Positions 53,321 to 63,410 of a DNA stretch of 64,000 nucleotides are shown piece by piece (position 1 is the first letter of the stretch; every line of letters begins with the position of its first letter). The stretch spans positions 480,001-544,000 of the forward strand of contig JBMNLH010000001.1 in the NCBI GenBank assembly GCA_050952625.1, in the 5' to 3' direction. The notes beneath the pieces were generated by a model. The model searched no databases and was not told where the DNA came from. It was given only the letters and a program-made list of their open reading frames with translations. The position numbers and the translations under genes were made by a program. The stretch comes from Bacillota bacterium (GTDB lineage Bacteria; Bacillota; Ch66; Ch109).

Positions 53321-54232
53321 TTATCGATAATACTGACCATCGCTTTGTTTGATCAGCCCTTTTCGTTCCAGTCTTTCCAAGTGTTTAAGCAGCATTACTT
53401 TTTCCCAGTACTGAATTAAAGGCCTTGGATCATTGGAAATCAGATGCTGGTCAGCTAGTTCGGCTAAAGTCTGCGGTTGATGCAAGGTCTGCAGAATCTT
53501 TTCATCCCGCTGAAAAACGTGATCAAGATAGGCGGCCACTCTTTGTTGCAGGTTATTGGTGACCAAACGACCATGGCCGGGGATTAAAAGGCGGGGCTGG
53601 AGATCACGGATTCGATAGACAGAGGCAATTAGCTGATCCAGGTCGGACGTAGTATCACCATACCAGGGACCATTTCGGGTCAGATCAATATCAGCCGAGA
53701 TCAAGATTCCCTCCTGCTCCCAGTAGAAACAGGAGTGGCCCGGGGTATGGCCCGGAGTATGGATGACCGTTAATTTCACGGCACCCAGATCAAGGATATC
53801 CCCTTCATCGAACGTCAGATCAACTCGTGATTCAGGCCACCGTACCACCCGGCTGTCTTGAAAAGTTAAGCCGGTTGCCGGGTAGTCAAAATCTATATCA
53901 AAGTTTAACGGAACGGACATCAATTCCTCCCATCGTCCGATAAAACTATTGGTAAATGCCGCCAGAGAGGTGATCATCTCAGCATCTAGCCGGTGGATCG
54001 CTATTTTGGCTTGGGTGAAAGCCCGGTTGCCATTAGTATGGTCTTCATGGCTATGGCTATTAATAACCAGTTCAACCTGTTCCGGCTGGCACTCTTGGAT
54101 AACCGCCAGTTCTAGACCGGTATCAATAACTGTTCTTATTTTATCTTCAATCAATAGACAATTACAATAGGGAAATCGTGTTGGTTTTTTCCCTTTTAAT
54201 AGATGCAGGTTTTTACAAATTTGCATAATCAT
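53321..54232 (-). CDS. Metallo-beta-lactamase-fold hydrolase
   Basis: SHSHEDH, TPGHTPGH, IPGHG. Confidence 0.9.
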   Translation of the reverse strand: MIMQICKNLHLLKGKKPTRFPYCNCLLIEDKIRTVIDTGLELAVIQECQPEQVELVINSHSHEDHTNGNRAFTQAKIAIHRLDAEMITSLAAFTNSFIGRWEELMSVPLNFDIDFDYPATGLTFQDSRVVRWPESRVDLTFDEGDILDLGAVKLTVIHTPGHTPGHSCFYWEQEGILISADIDLTRNGPWYGDTTSDLDQLIASVYRIRDLQPRLLIPGHGRLVTNNLQQRVAAYLDHVFQRDEKILQTLHQPQTLAELADQHLISNDPRPLIQYWEKVMLLKHLERLERKGLIKQSDGQYYR

Positions 54233-54432
54233 TTTTACCCCCCTATTCTATTAAACCTTGATAATCGTCAGTATTCAAGGAAAAGTGTTGTGAAAAAAGT
54301 GTACAATATTTGAACAATATTAATCTAAACATCATTAATCTAAATAACCAGATAACTTGAATTACCTTTCAGCGATATGCTATAATCAATTAAGAAATAT
54401 CCTCGAGGGATAGGGAAAGGTGTGGTAGTTCC

Positions 54433-54522
54433 ATGCTCCCAGCCGAATTTTTTTGGAGGATTTTCGAAGCAACCGGTTCAATAGTTGCTTATATCATGTA
54501 CCGTAAATTGATGGTTCAATAA
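54433..54522 (+). CDS. YqzL-like small protein (MLPAEFFWRIFEATGSIVAYIMYRKLMVQ)
   Basis: W..F..TG.I..Y..Y pattern; AAGGTGTGG RBS; not in ORF track. Confidence 0.7.
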   Translation: MLPAEFFWRIFEATGSIVAYIMYRKLMVQ

Positions 54523-54524
54523 AA

Positions 54525-54820
54525 CAAATGTTATGCGTGGGACCAGTACCTGGAGGGTGACTTACAGGGAGGAGGCTCCGTGATTGAGAGGGCCTTTAAG
54601 CAGAAGTCCAGAGAATTCACCCACAAACAGCCGGCTGAAGGGTCAACGTCTTAAATAGACGAATGGTTCTGGTAGGTTTGGCCGGACCTTCCACCGTTAC
54701 TAGGAAGACCAGATCAGTTTGAGTGAATCTAGAAACAGAACTCTAGGCAAATGGTAATCTAGATTAACAAGGGTGGTACCGCGGAAGTAAGCTTTCGTCC
54801 CTGGGACGAAAGCTTTTTTG
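54525..54820 (+). promoter_or_regulatory. Phe T-box riboswitch
   Basis: AGTA and AGGGAG/TGAGA elements, GAA-TTC specifier, AAGGGTGGTACCGCG T-box, AAGCTTTCGTCCC/GGGACGAAAGCTTTTTT terminator. Confidence 0.92.
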
Positions 54821-54984
54821 CATAATCAGAAAGGATAAGTGGACTTTCTGATTATCAGTAAATAAGTAAGTGCAACCAGGGCTTTCGCCTGGGCCAAAGG
54901 CTTGGCATAAGCCGGATTTTCTTTATCAATAATTCTTTATCTATAATCTTTATCTTTAATAATCATAAAAAGGAGGCAAAAGAA

Positions 54985-56007
54985 TTGCTTGAGCAATTGC
55001 GGAAGATTCAGGCAGAAGCAGAGGAGCTGATTAGAATAGCCCTTGATCTGCCAACACTAAATGAAATTCGCGTCCGCTATCTGGGAAAAAAAGGTGAATT
55101 AACTCAGGTCTTACGCGGCATGGGACGTCTCTCGGCCGAAGAACGCCCGTTAGTGGGGAAGCAAGCAAATGAGGTTCGTGATTATCTAGAAGAACAGATT
55201 CAAAGTAAAACTCAGCAAATCAAAGAGCAGGAAAAAACTAAAAAGTTAAGAGAAGAAGCCCTGGATGTCACTTTGCCGGGTCGGCGGATTGGTTTAGGCC
55301 GACGGCATCCGTTAACCCAGATTATGGATGAAATAAAAGAGATCTTTCTCGGCATGGGTTTTGAGATCGTCGAGGGCCCGGAAGTGGAACTGGATTATTA
55401 TAACTTTGAAGCATTAAACATCCCTAAGGATCATCCAGCCCGGGATATGCAGGATTCTTTCTACATTACCCCGGAAATACTTCTTCGAACTCATACCTCA
55501 CCGGTCCAGGCCAGGACCTATGAGGCCCGGGTACCAGAGGTGCCGGTACGGATTATTGCCCCGGGCAAGGTCTACCGACGAGATGATGATGCCACTCATT
55601 CCCCAATGTTTCAGCAGGTAGAGGGATTCTTGATTGACCGGCAGGTCAGTTTAGCGGACTTGAAAGGCACTTTACTCGCTTTTGCCCGTCAGATGTTTGG
55701 GCAGGACCGGGAGATTCGTTTGCGGCCTAGCTTCTTCCCGTTTACCGAACCGAGTGCCGAAGTTGACGTCTCTTGTGGGATGTGTCACGGCACCGGCTGC
55801 CGTACTTGTTCCTATACCGGCTGGCTCGAAATCCTGGGAGCCGGCATGGTCCACCCCCGCGTCCTGGAAATTGCCGGTTACGACCCGGAAAAAGTCTCCG
55901 GCTTTGCCTTCGGCATGGGAGTCGAACGAATAACCATGCTCAAATACGGTATCGACGACATGCGCCTCCTCTTCGAAAACGACCTCAGATTCCTGCAGCA
56001 GTTTTAG
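54985..56007 (+). CDS. pheS: Phenylalanyl-tRNA synthetase alpha subunit
   Basis: [34 protein letters not shown]. Confidence 0.97.
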   Translation: MLEQLRKIQAEAEELIRIALDLPTLNEIRVRYLGKKGELTQVLRGMGRLSAEERPLVGKQANEVRDYLEEQIQSKTQQIKEQEKTKKLREEALDVTLPGRRIGLGRRHPLTQIMDEIKEIFLGMGFEIVEGPEVELDYYNFEALNIPKDHPARDMQDSFYITPEILLRTHTSPVQARTYEARVPEVPVRIIAPGKVYRRDDDATHSPMFQQVEGFLIDRQVSLADLKGTLLAFARQMFGQDREIRLRPSFFPFTEPSAEVDVSCGMCHGTGCRTCSYTGWLEILGAGMVHPRVLEIAGYDPEKVSGFAFGMGVERITMLKYGIDDMRLLFENDLRFLQQF

Positions 56008-56561
56008 GAGTGCCGTATCTAAGCCTACAGGAAAGAACAGCATGAAATAGAAGCAGAACTTTAGCACCGCAGAAACTGCCCAACAGGAAAGAGGCGCGAC
56101 TAGTTAAATAAAAGGAGTGCCGTATCTAAGCCTACAGGAAAGAACAGCATGAAATAGAAGCAGAACTTTAGCACCGCAGAAACTGCCCAACAGGAAAGAG
56201 GCGCGACTAGTTAAATAAAAGGAGTGCCGTATCTAAGCCTACAGGAAAGAACAGCATGAAATAGAAGCAGAACTTTAGCACCGCAGAAACTGCCCAACAG
56301 GAAAGAGGCGCGACTAGTTAAATAAAAAGGAGTGCCGTATCTAAGTCCACAGGAAAGAACTGCGTGAAATAGAAGTAGAACATTAGCACCGCAGAAACTG
56401 TACAAAAGGAAAGAGGTGCGACTAGTTAAATAAAAAGGAGTGCCGTATCTAAGCCTACAGGAAAGAACAGCATGAAATAGAAGCAGAACTTTAGCACCGC
56501 AGAAACTGCCCAACAGGAAAGAGGCGCGACTAGTTCAATAAATAGGAGCACCGTATCTAAG
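56006..56561 (+). repeat. Tandem array of 107-108-bp units, five full and one partial (family B)
   Basis: AGGAG...CCGTATCTAAG unit starts at 56006, 56113, 56220, 56328, 56436 and 56544; unit 4 is diverged. Confidence 0.95.
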
Positions 56562-56583
56562 AAAAGAGTAAGGAGAGTTGTTT

Positions 56584-58660
56584 ATGCGAGTTCCTTTGAC
56601 CTGGCTGAAGGAATATGTAGATATCAAGATATCCCCGGAGGAACTGGCCCGGCGACCTGACCATGGCTGGAATCACCGTAGAGAACATCGACAGATTGTC
56701 AGCTCGGGAGGTAGTCCTGGAGTTGGAACTGACGCCGAATAGAGCTGACTGTTTGAGCCTGATCAACGTAGCCCGGGAAGTAGCGGCGGTGACCGGGGAA
56801 AAGCTGCACCTGCCGGAAGTGATCGTCCCGGAAACCAAAGAACGAATTGAAGACTTAGCCGGGGTTGAAATCGAGGCTCCCGCGCTATGTGATCGTTATC
56901 TGGCCCGGGTAATCCGAAATATTCGAATTGCCCCTTCCCCGATTTGGATGCAGGAGCGGCTGCAAGCAGCCGGCATTCGCCCGATCAACAATATTGTTGA
57001 TATTACTAATTATGTTATGCTAGAAACTGGTCAGCCACTGCATGCTTTTGATTACGATACGCTCACTGACCACCAAATTATTGTCCGGCAAGCCCGGCCA
57101 GGAGAAACCCTAAACACCTTAGACAAGACGAAGCGGGAATTAGCCCAAGAGATGCTGGTCATCGCCGACGCCCAGAGGGCTGTAGCTCTTGCTGGAGTGA
57201 TGGGCGGCCTGGAAACTGAGGTAACTGAAAGGACTCGGACGGTCTTGCTTGAGTCAGCCCACTTTGACCGGGTCAGTATCCGGCGCACTTCACGTCAAGT
57301 GGGCTTACGGTCTGAATCTTCCGTTCGGTTTGAAAAGGGAACCGACGTTGAAGGAGTGGTTTTGGGGGCTGATCGAGCTGCCCAGTTAATGGCCGAATTA
57401 GGGGCTGGCCAACCGGTCGCCGGGGTCGTTGACCGGTACCTTAACCCCCGTCAACCGCACAGCATTACCTTGCGGATTTCTCGAACTAATAGTTTGTTGG
57501 GGACGGACCTTAGCCAATCCGAGGTTATTAACTTGCTTGACCGGTTACAACTGAAACTAGTGATCAAAGATCATGATTCAGTAGTAGTGGAGGTTCCTTC
57601 TTACCGAGGGGATTTAGAACGGGAAGAAGATTTAATTGAAGAGGTTGCTCGACTCCACGGTTACGATCGAATCCCAATCACTCTCCCCAGCGGAACAACG
57701 ACTCAGGGAATCAAAACGACCCGACAAAAGGCTGTTGATCGGACTCGTGATCTGCTTACCGCTTGCGGCCTGACCGAGGTGGTTACCTTTAGTATGGTCA
57801 GCCCGCGCGTATTTGACCGGATTGGTCTAGCCGCTGATGACTCATTGCGTCAGGTGATGGTTCTGACCAACCCACTTAATGAGGAACAGAGCGTTTTACG
57901 AACCACGCTAATTCCCAACCTTCTCGAAGTAGCTGCGCGTAATTACAACCGACGAGTGGCTGATGTCGCGGTTTTTGAGCTCGGACGTGTTTTTCTCCCG
58001 GCTGAAGACGGGAATCCCGGGGTTTTACCTGACGAAAAGCTTTATGTGGCCGGTCTAACCATGGGCGATTTATTGCCAGGGTGGAGTGCTTCGCCTCAAC
58101 CAATGGACTTCTTTTACCTCAAAGGAGTAGTTGAAGAATTACTGACCGGTCTGGGGATCAAAGACTGCGCCTGGCAAGCCGCAGCACTGAGACCTACTTT
58201 TCACCCGGGGCGCAGTGCTGAAATTTATGGTGCTGGAGAGTTATTAGGCTTAATCGCGGAGATTCATCCGGACGTGTTAGAGGAGTACGGCCTGCCTAAA
58301 CGGACTTGGGTTTTTGAGTTGAACCTTGACCGGGTCCTGGCGGTGATGAGCCCGGTTAAGAGCTATTCCCCCTTAAGTCGATACCCCAGTGTCCAAAGAG
58401 ACTTAGCTCTCATTATTCCCGAAAGTCTGCCAGCAGCCAAGGTGGAAACGAAAATTTGGGAGTCCGGGCAGCCTCTGTTGCATCAAGTAACCCTGTTTGA
58501 TGTCTACCAGGGTAAACCAATTCCTGAGGGATACCGAAGTCTGGCTTATTCACTGATCTACCAGGCGAGTGATCGGACCTTAACTGATGAAGAGGTCAAT
58601 GAAAGACATCAATTGGTGCGGGATACCCTTAGTCGAGAAATGGGTGTTGAATTGCGTTAA
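56584..58660 (+). CDS. pheT: Phenylalanyl-tRNA synthetase beta subunit, short form; +1 frameshift near 56655
   Basis: MRVPLTWLKEYV...EELARR then LTMAGI; TPNRADCLS, GQPLHAFD, DLIEEVAR, FDVYQG. Confidence 0.93.
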
Positions 58661-58842
58661 TCAACATAAACCATACGTACAATCCCTCCATAATTAGAAT
58701 GATCATACAGAAAGACCCTCTGATCTATGTTTCAGAGGGTTAACTTCTTGCGCCTGTAGTGATTAGCCTTGATGTCGTTTATCTGAATTCGAAAGATTCA
58801 AAAGCCCCCTACTTCTATAATTGGAGATTACCTTGTTCAAAA

Positions 58843-58904
58843 TTCAGGTGGTGCAGAGTCTCCATCTGAAGCCCCAGTGCTCAGCGAAGCTGGATGAGTT
58901 CACT
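58843..58904 (-). repeat. Dispersed palindromic repeat family A
   Basis: Reverse complement AGTGAACTCATCCAGCTTCGCTGAGCACTGGGGCTTCAGATGGAGACTCTGCACCACCTGAA. Confidence 0.7.
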
Positions 58905-58915
58905 GGATCTTTAGC

Positions 58916-60025
58916 CTAGCCCACTGAATCTGCTGCGCTATTGGTGATTAACTTGTTAATCTCCGGCTCAGTTAAGGTCTCCTTGATCCAAAACCGGGAT
59001 AAGGTTGACAGGTCTATGGTTCGGGATTGTTTTAAACGACGATGGTTTGCATCGAAGATAATCTTTATCACCGGTTTTTGTGGGTGGTCTTTACGGGTTT
59101 CCGTTACAACCGCTATTTCACCGGTATTTAGTAAAACTATGCTGCCCACTGGAAAAGCAGCTACATTGGCAATTAGATGGTTGACTACTAAAGGCTCAAA
59201 ATGTTTACCTATACCATCCTTAATAATCGCGAGGGCCAGATTAGTCGGGTAACCTGGCCGATACTGGCGATCAGCAATTAGAGCATCAAAGACATCCGCC
59301 ACCGCGACAATTCGAGCGTGTTGAGTAATTCGGTCAGCTGCTAGCCCTCGAGGGTAGCCGGTCCCATCCCAATGTTCATGGTGCTGAAAAGCGACATGCG
59401 CAGAGAGAAGGGAGATCTCTTGATTAGTTCTAAGGATCTCAAAACCAAATTCAGAGTGCTTCTGAACACTATTAAACTCCATTGGGGTTAATGGTCCTGG
59501 CTTATTCAAGATATCTGTACTGATTAAGGTTTTACCGATGTCATGCAACACAGCTCCAATCCCAATCTCTTGGAGTTTAAGCTGATCATATCCCATCGAA
59601 ATAGCAATTATGATTGAGAGGATACCGACATTGATTGAGTGCCCGAGAAGATAGTCGTCATAGGTCCGAATATCTTCTAAATTGAATAAAACGTTACGAT
59701 TCGCTAGTAATTCATCAACTAGCAGAGCTACGCTTTTTTGGACGGACTTTATATTCAGCTTACCTCTCTTCTTGAGAAACTCAGAGGTCTCTTTCAGCGT
59801 CTGAGTAACATAGACCCGGGTTTTTGGGGAGACAATGTCAGGGACATCTATGTTCGACAAATCATCTTTGATATAAATCGAAGCGAACCCTAATTGAGAA
59901 AGCCTCTCGATATATTTAGAAGTCAGTATGGTATCCTGAGTTAGTAGAATTTTACCTTCGGTATTTAAGATTGAGCGTCCAACGACCATCCCTTCTTGTA
60001 ATAAATCAATCGGTACTCTTCTCAT
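58916..60025 (-). CDS. HD-GYP domain phosphodiesterase
   Basis: HSINV, LHDIGK, HHEHWDGTGYP, DVFDAL. Confidence 0.92.
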   Translation of the reverse strand: MRRVPIDLLQEGMVVGRSILNTEGKILLTQDTILTSKYIERLSQLGFASIYIKDDLSNIDVPDIVSPKTRVYVTQTLKETSEFLKKRGKLNIKSVQKSVALLVDELLANRNVLFNLEDIRTYDDYLLGHSINVGILSIIIAISMGYDQLKLQEIGIGAVLHDIGKTLISTDILNKPGPLTPMEFNSVQKHSEFGFEILRTNQEISLLSAHVAFQHHEHWDGTGYPRGLAADRITQHARIVAVADVFDALIADRQYRPGYPTNLALAIIKDGIGKHFEPLVVNHLIANVAAFPVGSIVLLNTGEIAVVTETRKDHPQKPVIKIIFDANHRRLKQSRTIDLSTLSRFWIKETLTEPEINKLITNSAADSVG

Positions 60026-60184
60026 TCAAAAGCTCTCCACATTTAATCAAAAGGTAATATATACTCTATTATGACAAAGGCATGCCGTGAAGTTGTTAGT
60101 TGTTAGTTGTTACTTCTTCAATTTACCATGTTTATAAAGAAAAGTATACCTTAAACGAATATGTTATAATGATAATATTTAAGT

Positions 60185-61276
60185 TTGACTGGGTTAGGGG
60201 AATTAGAGTTTACGATGTTTAAACGCTATCGTCTTTTAATTTTTCTGCTCGGATTGCTCTATTTGACTACGGTTGTTATCCTAAAGTATCAGGATTTACT
60301 GCTTTTTTCTCCAGTTCAGATCAAGACCTATGGTGATATTCGATTTCAGAAGGTGTTCCATTGGCAACCGGATCTGCAAATCAAAATGCACCATATCCAA
60401 TTGGCAAACAGTGAAGACATTAAGGTTATCCATTTAGGAAATTCAACAGTTTGGGGGGCATATGTGGCCCCAGAAGAAACGCTGTCCAGCTATTTAAATC
60501 AAAAGCTGTATGAAGACCAAACGCAACGGGTCTTTAACTTCGGTTATCCAGGAGCTTGGGCCGATAAACAGGCTTTTTATTTTAATGAAGCCCTTAAGTT
60601 TAACCCGGATTTATTATTATTGGGTGTTTCCCCAGTGGACTACCTGGATCTTGCTTATCTATTTCGAAAAAGTCCAGATTACGCTTCGGCCTTTAGTCAG
60701 GTTACCTATACGGATTCACTGGTTGACTCCTGGCAGAATCTAAGATTTTTAACCAGTGAAAATAAACAATGGGTTTTGCATAACCTAATCGGCAACTTAC
60801 TTCCTTTATCGAAATATGGTAATGTCTATCAGCATTACCTATGGACCGATTTGTACTGGCGTTTCTTGGAGGTGCGTCGGGCCTTGGGATACTCTGACAT
60901 TCCACGCTATGAGCAACCAACCGGACCCTATGTGCCCCCTGATTCGCCTAAGGTGACTTTTGAGAAATACCCTCTGATTTCACCTAGTTATCAGGCGTTA
61001 GAATACATGCTCAGTGAGGCAGCTGCTCGCCAAATCCCAGTTATTCTATATTTAGAGCCCCATATCTACCGGCAGGAAAATTTTGAGCCGGGGCTTTATG
61101 AAGCTTCGGTTAACCAAATCAAGAAAATTGCCCAGGATTATCACCAAGTAGTTTTAGAATTTACCGAACTAGATGACCCGAAGTATTTTGTTGACTGGGA
61201 CCATTTAAACCCCCGGGGTAACGAGGAACTGGCCGAGAAACTGACACCTTATGTTGCCCACAAGCTGGCAGACTAA
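60185..61276 (+). CDS. Membrane-anchored SGNH-fold protein, DltD/AlgJ-like acyltransferase
   Basis: N-terminal TM, LGNST block I, FNFGYPG, DWDHLNPRG; adjacent to MBOAT. Confidence 0.75.
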   Translation: MTGLGELEFTMFKRYRLLIFLLGLLYLTTVVILKYQDLLLFSPVQIKTYGDIRFQKVFHWQPDLQIKMHHIQLANSEDIKVIHLGNSTVWGAYVAPEETLSSYLNQKLYEDQTQRVFNFGYPGAWADKQAFYFNEALKFNPDLLLLGVSPVDYLDLAYLFRKSPDYASAFSQVTYTDSLVDSWQNLRFLTSENKQWVLHNLIGNLLPLSKYGNVYQHYLWTDLYWRFLEVRRALGYSDIPRYEQPTGPYVPPDSPKVTFEKYPLISPSYQALEYMLSEAAARQIPVILYLEPHIYRQENFEPGLYEASVNQIKKIAQDYHQVVLEFTELDDPKYFVDWDHLNPRGNEELAEKLTPYVAHKLAD

Positions 61277-61359
61277 AAAATTCAAAGGTTGAACGGCTTT
61301 TTATTTACTAACCGCCCATGCCTGATAGGCACAACCGCCTATGAAAATAGCGGACGGAG

Positions 61360-61429
61360 GTCATCCTGAGCGTTAGCGAAGGATCTTCCTTCTTAGCAGG
61401 GGAAGGATTCTTCGCTTCACTCAGAATTA
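61360..61429. repeat. REP-like palindromic element
   Basis: GTCATCCTGAGCG..AGCGAAGGATC / GATTCTTCGCT..CTCAGAAT inverted arms. Confidence 0.6.
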
Positions 61430-61526
61430 TCTCCTGCGTTAACCGCACTATGATAAACGAATAAGTGGTTATATTCATAGCAATGACACGATACGAAAAC
61501 TATTTATTAACTAACAGGGTGAAAAT

Positions 61527-62777
61527 GTGGAATTACATGAGCTGCATCAAGTAATTAACGTATTTGTGGATTTATTGCGTCATACTGATTTTGTGGCTGG
61601 ATTTTTGGTTGCCATAATTTTCGGTGCTTACCGCCTCATTCGGCCGATCAGCTTAAACTTCGTGATCGTTAACCTGTTGAGTCTTGCCTTTTTGATAATT
61701 ATGTATAATCTGGACACGATCGTGGTGGCCGGCATTATAACTTTGTTCATTTTCGGGCTTTGTCAAGGAATCGAGAGATTGACTGGGAGAATCCGCTGGG
61801 TTTTCGCCCTGATTGGGGTACTGTCTGCCGTGGGGCTTCTGGCAGTCTATAAATATTCCTTAATTCGAGAAGGCATAGAGTTTCTCTATCCTTCTTTTAG
61901 TCTGACTGTTCAGATTTTTGGCATCTCGTACTTCACCTTTAAGCTGATTCATGTCATAGTTGATACGTATTGTCGCCGAATCGAAGCGGTCCGTTTAAGC
62001 AGCCTTCTTTCTTATATTTTCTTTTTCCCCGCTTTTTTATCTGGTCCGATTGATCGTTACCAAAACTTCAGCGGTTTTCGCCGGCATTGGGGAACAATAG
62101 CTGAGCAGGATGTTAATTATGGCTTGGAGCGGATTATCTATGGACTCTTCCAAAAGTTTGTGCTGGCTGACTACATTCGCGACTGGATAATTCCGGTTTT
62201 AGGGAACATCTATCAATTCCCCCAGGGTTATGTAGCTCTGTGTGCGGCCATGTATTCTTTTCAACTCTATTTTGACTTTGCCGGCTACTCAAATCTAGCC
62301 ATTGGCACAGCCCGTCTGTTTGGCTATCGGTTGCCAGAAAATTTTAACCGTCCTTACTTAAAGCGTAATTTACGGGAGTTTTGGCGAAGCTGGCACATGA
62401 GTCTAACCAGTTGGCTGCGGGACTACGTCTATATTCCTCTAGGAGGAAGCCGTCGCAGCTACTGCCGGACCCTGTTAAACACACTGGTGCTGATGGCGGT
62501 GTGTGGGATTTGGCACGGAAGCACCTGGAATTTTTTGATTTGGGGTGTGTATCACGGATTGGGCTTAGTGGCAGTCAGAGTCTATGGAAGTTTATTGCAG
62601 ACCCTGCCGGATGCAAGGCTCTGGAATCAGTTAAAGACATTTTTAAAGCACAGTTGGTTTAGTTATGCAGTTAGTTTGGTTATGACTTTTATCTTTGTGG
62701 CTGTCGGATGGGTGTTTTTCTTTAATTCCTGGGAAGCCAGTTTGCAAATTATCCGGTATGTCGTTTCTGGTGATTAA
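61527..62777 (+). CDS. MBOAT O-acyltransferase (DltB/AlgI-like)
   Basis: GISYFTF, SGPIDR, YFDFAGYS, PENFNRPY, FWRSWHMSL, GIWHG. Confidence 0.93.
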   Translation: MELHELHQVINVFVDLLRHTDFVAGFLVAIIFGAYRLIRPISLNFVIVNLLSLAFLIIMYNLDTIVVAGIITLFIFGLCQGIERLTGRIRWVFALIGVLSAVGLLAVYKYSLIREGIEFLYPSFSLTVQIFGISYFTFKLIHVIVDTYCRRIEAVRLSSLLSYIFFFPAFLSGPIDRYQNFSGFRRHWGTIAEQDVNYGLERIIYGLFQKFVLADYIRDWIIPVLGNIYQFPQGYVALCAAMYSFQLYFDFAGYSNLAIGTARLFGYRLPENFNRPYLKRNLREFWRSWHMSLTSWLRDYVYIPLGGSRRSYCRTLLNTLVLMAVCGIWHGSTWNFLIWGVYHGLGLVAVRVYGSLLQTLPDARLWNQLKTFLKHSWFSYAVSLVMTFIFVAVGWVFFFNSWEASLQIIRYVVSGD

Positions 62778-62860
62778 TAATCCTTAGACCCAGAGGAATC
62801 AAAGCAAAATCAAAATCGGGACAACGAAGTCCCTCTGTCCATAGGTGGTGTTAATCGAAA

Positions 62861-63025
62861 ATGAAAAAACCGGATCGCTTTGTGTTTTACCGAAGGTTAA
62901 TCGACCGAGACAGCGCACCTGCCCCCCTGTCTCGAATAATCAAGGTGCTATGGTTGTTTCTTTTGCTCGTTGCTTTTTTAGTTTTAAGAAAGCCCGATTC
63001 TAGTTTTATTTATGGAGGTTTTTAA
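62861..63025 (+). CDS. DltX-like acyl-shuttle peptide, 54 aa, ending ...PDSSFIYGGF
   Basis: AGGTGG RBS, one TM helix, C-terminal FIYxxF motif; not in ORF track. Confidence 0.75.
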   Translation: MKKPDRFVFYRRLIDRDSAPAPLSRIIKVLWLFLLLVAFLVLRKPDSSFIYGGF

Positions 63026-63097
63026 CGATCCAGGAAAAGGATTTTCTCTCTAATGCACCGAATTTTAGATTAAGATGTCGAAGAGGAGGCGGAGACC

Positions 63098-63382
63098 TTG
63101 AAAAGTCCAGCAGAGACCCAAGCTGAACAGTTAAGGGTTGCAGTGAAAATTTATGGGGAAGAATATGTGGTGCGAGGAACGTCTTCTCGAGAGCACATTC
63201 TTAAGATTGCCGCTCAGGTGGATGAGAAGATGTCGCTAATATCCCGAAGAAACCCTAACCTTTCTCCGAAAAAGCTGGCGATACTAACGGCACTTAATAT
63301 AGCTGATGAATTAAGTCAATTACAAGAGGATTACGATAATCTAGTTAAACTATTAGATGATAGTCCTCCGGATAATGGATAA
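63098..63382 (+). CDS. zapA: Cell division protein ZapA
   Basis: VKIYGEEY, VDEKM, LAILTALNIADEL. Confidence 0.9.
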   Translation: MKSPAETQAEQLRVAVKIYGEEYVVRGTSSREHILKIAAQVDEKMSLISRRNPNLSPKKLAILTALNIADELSQLQEDYDNLVKLLDDSPPDNG

Positions 63383-63410
63383 AATAAGTAAAAGGGAGTG
63401 GATCCTCCAC

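Noticed and set aside
56211-56513. 100-aa minus-strand ORF with repeated peptide
   Set aside because: By-product of the 108-bp repeat period; antisense to pheST and no RBS.
56006-56561. CRISPR array
   Set aside because: Units are ~107 bp and nearly identical throughout, with no unique spacers and no cas genes in the window.
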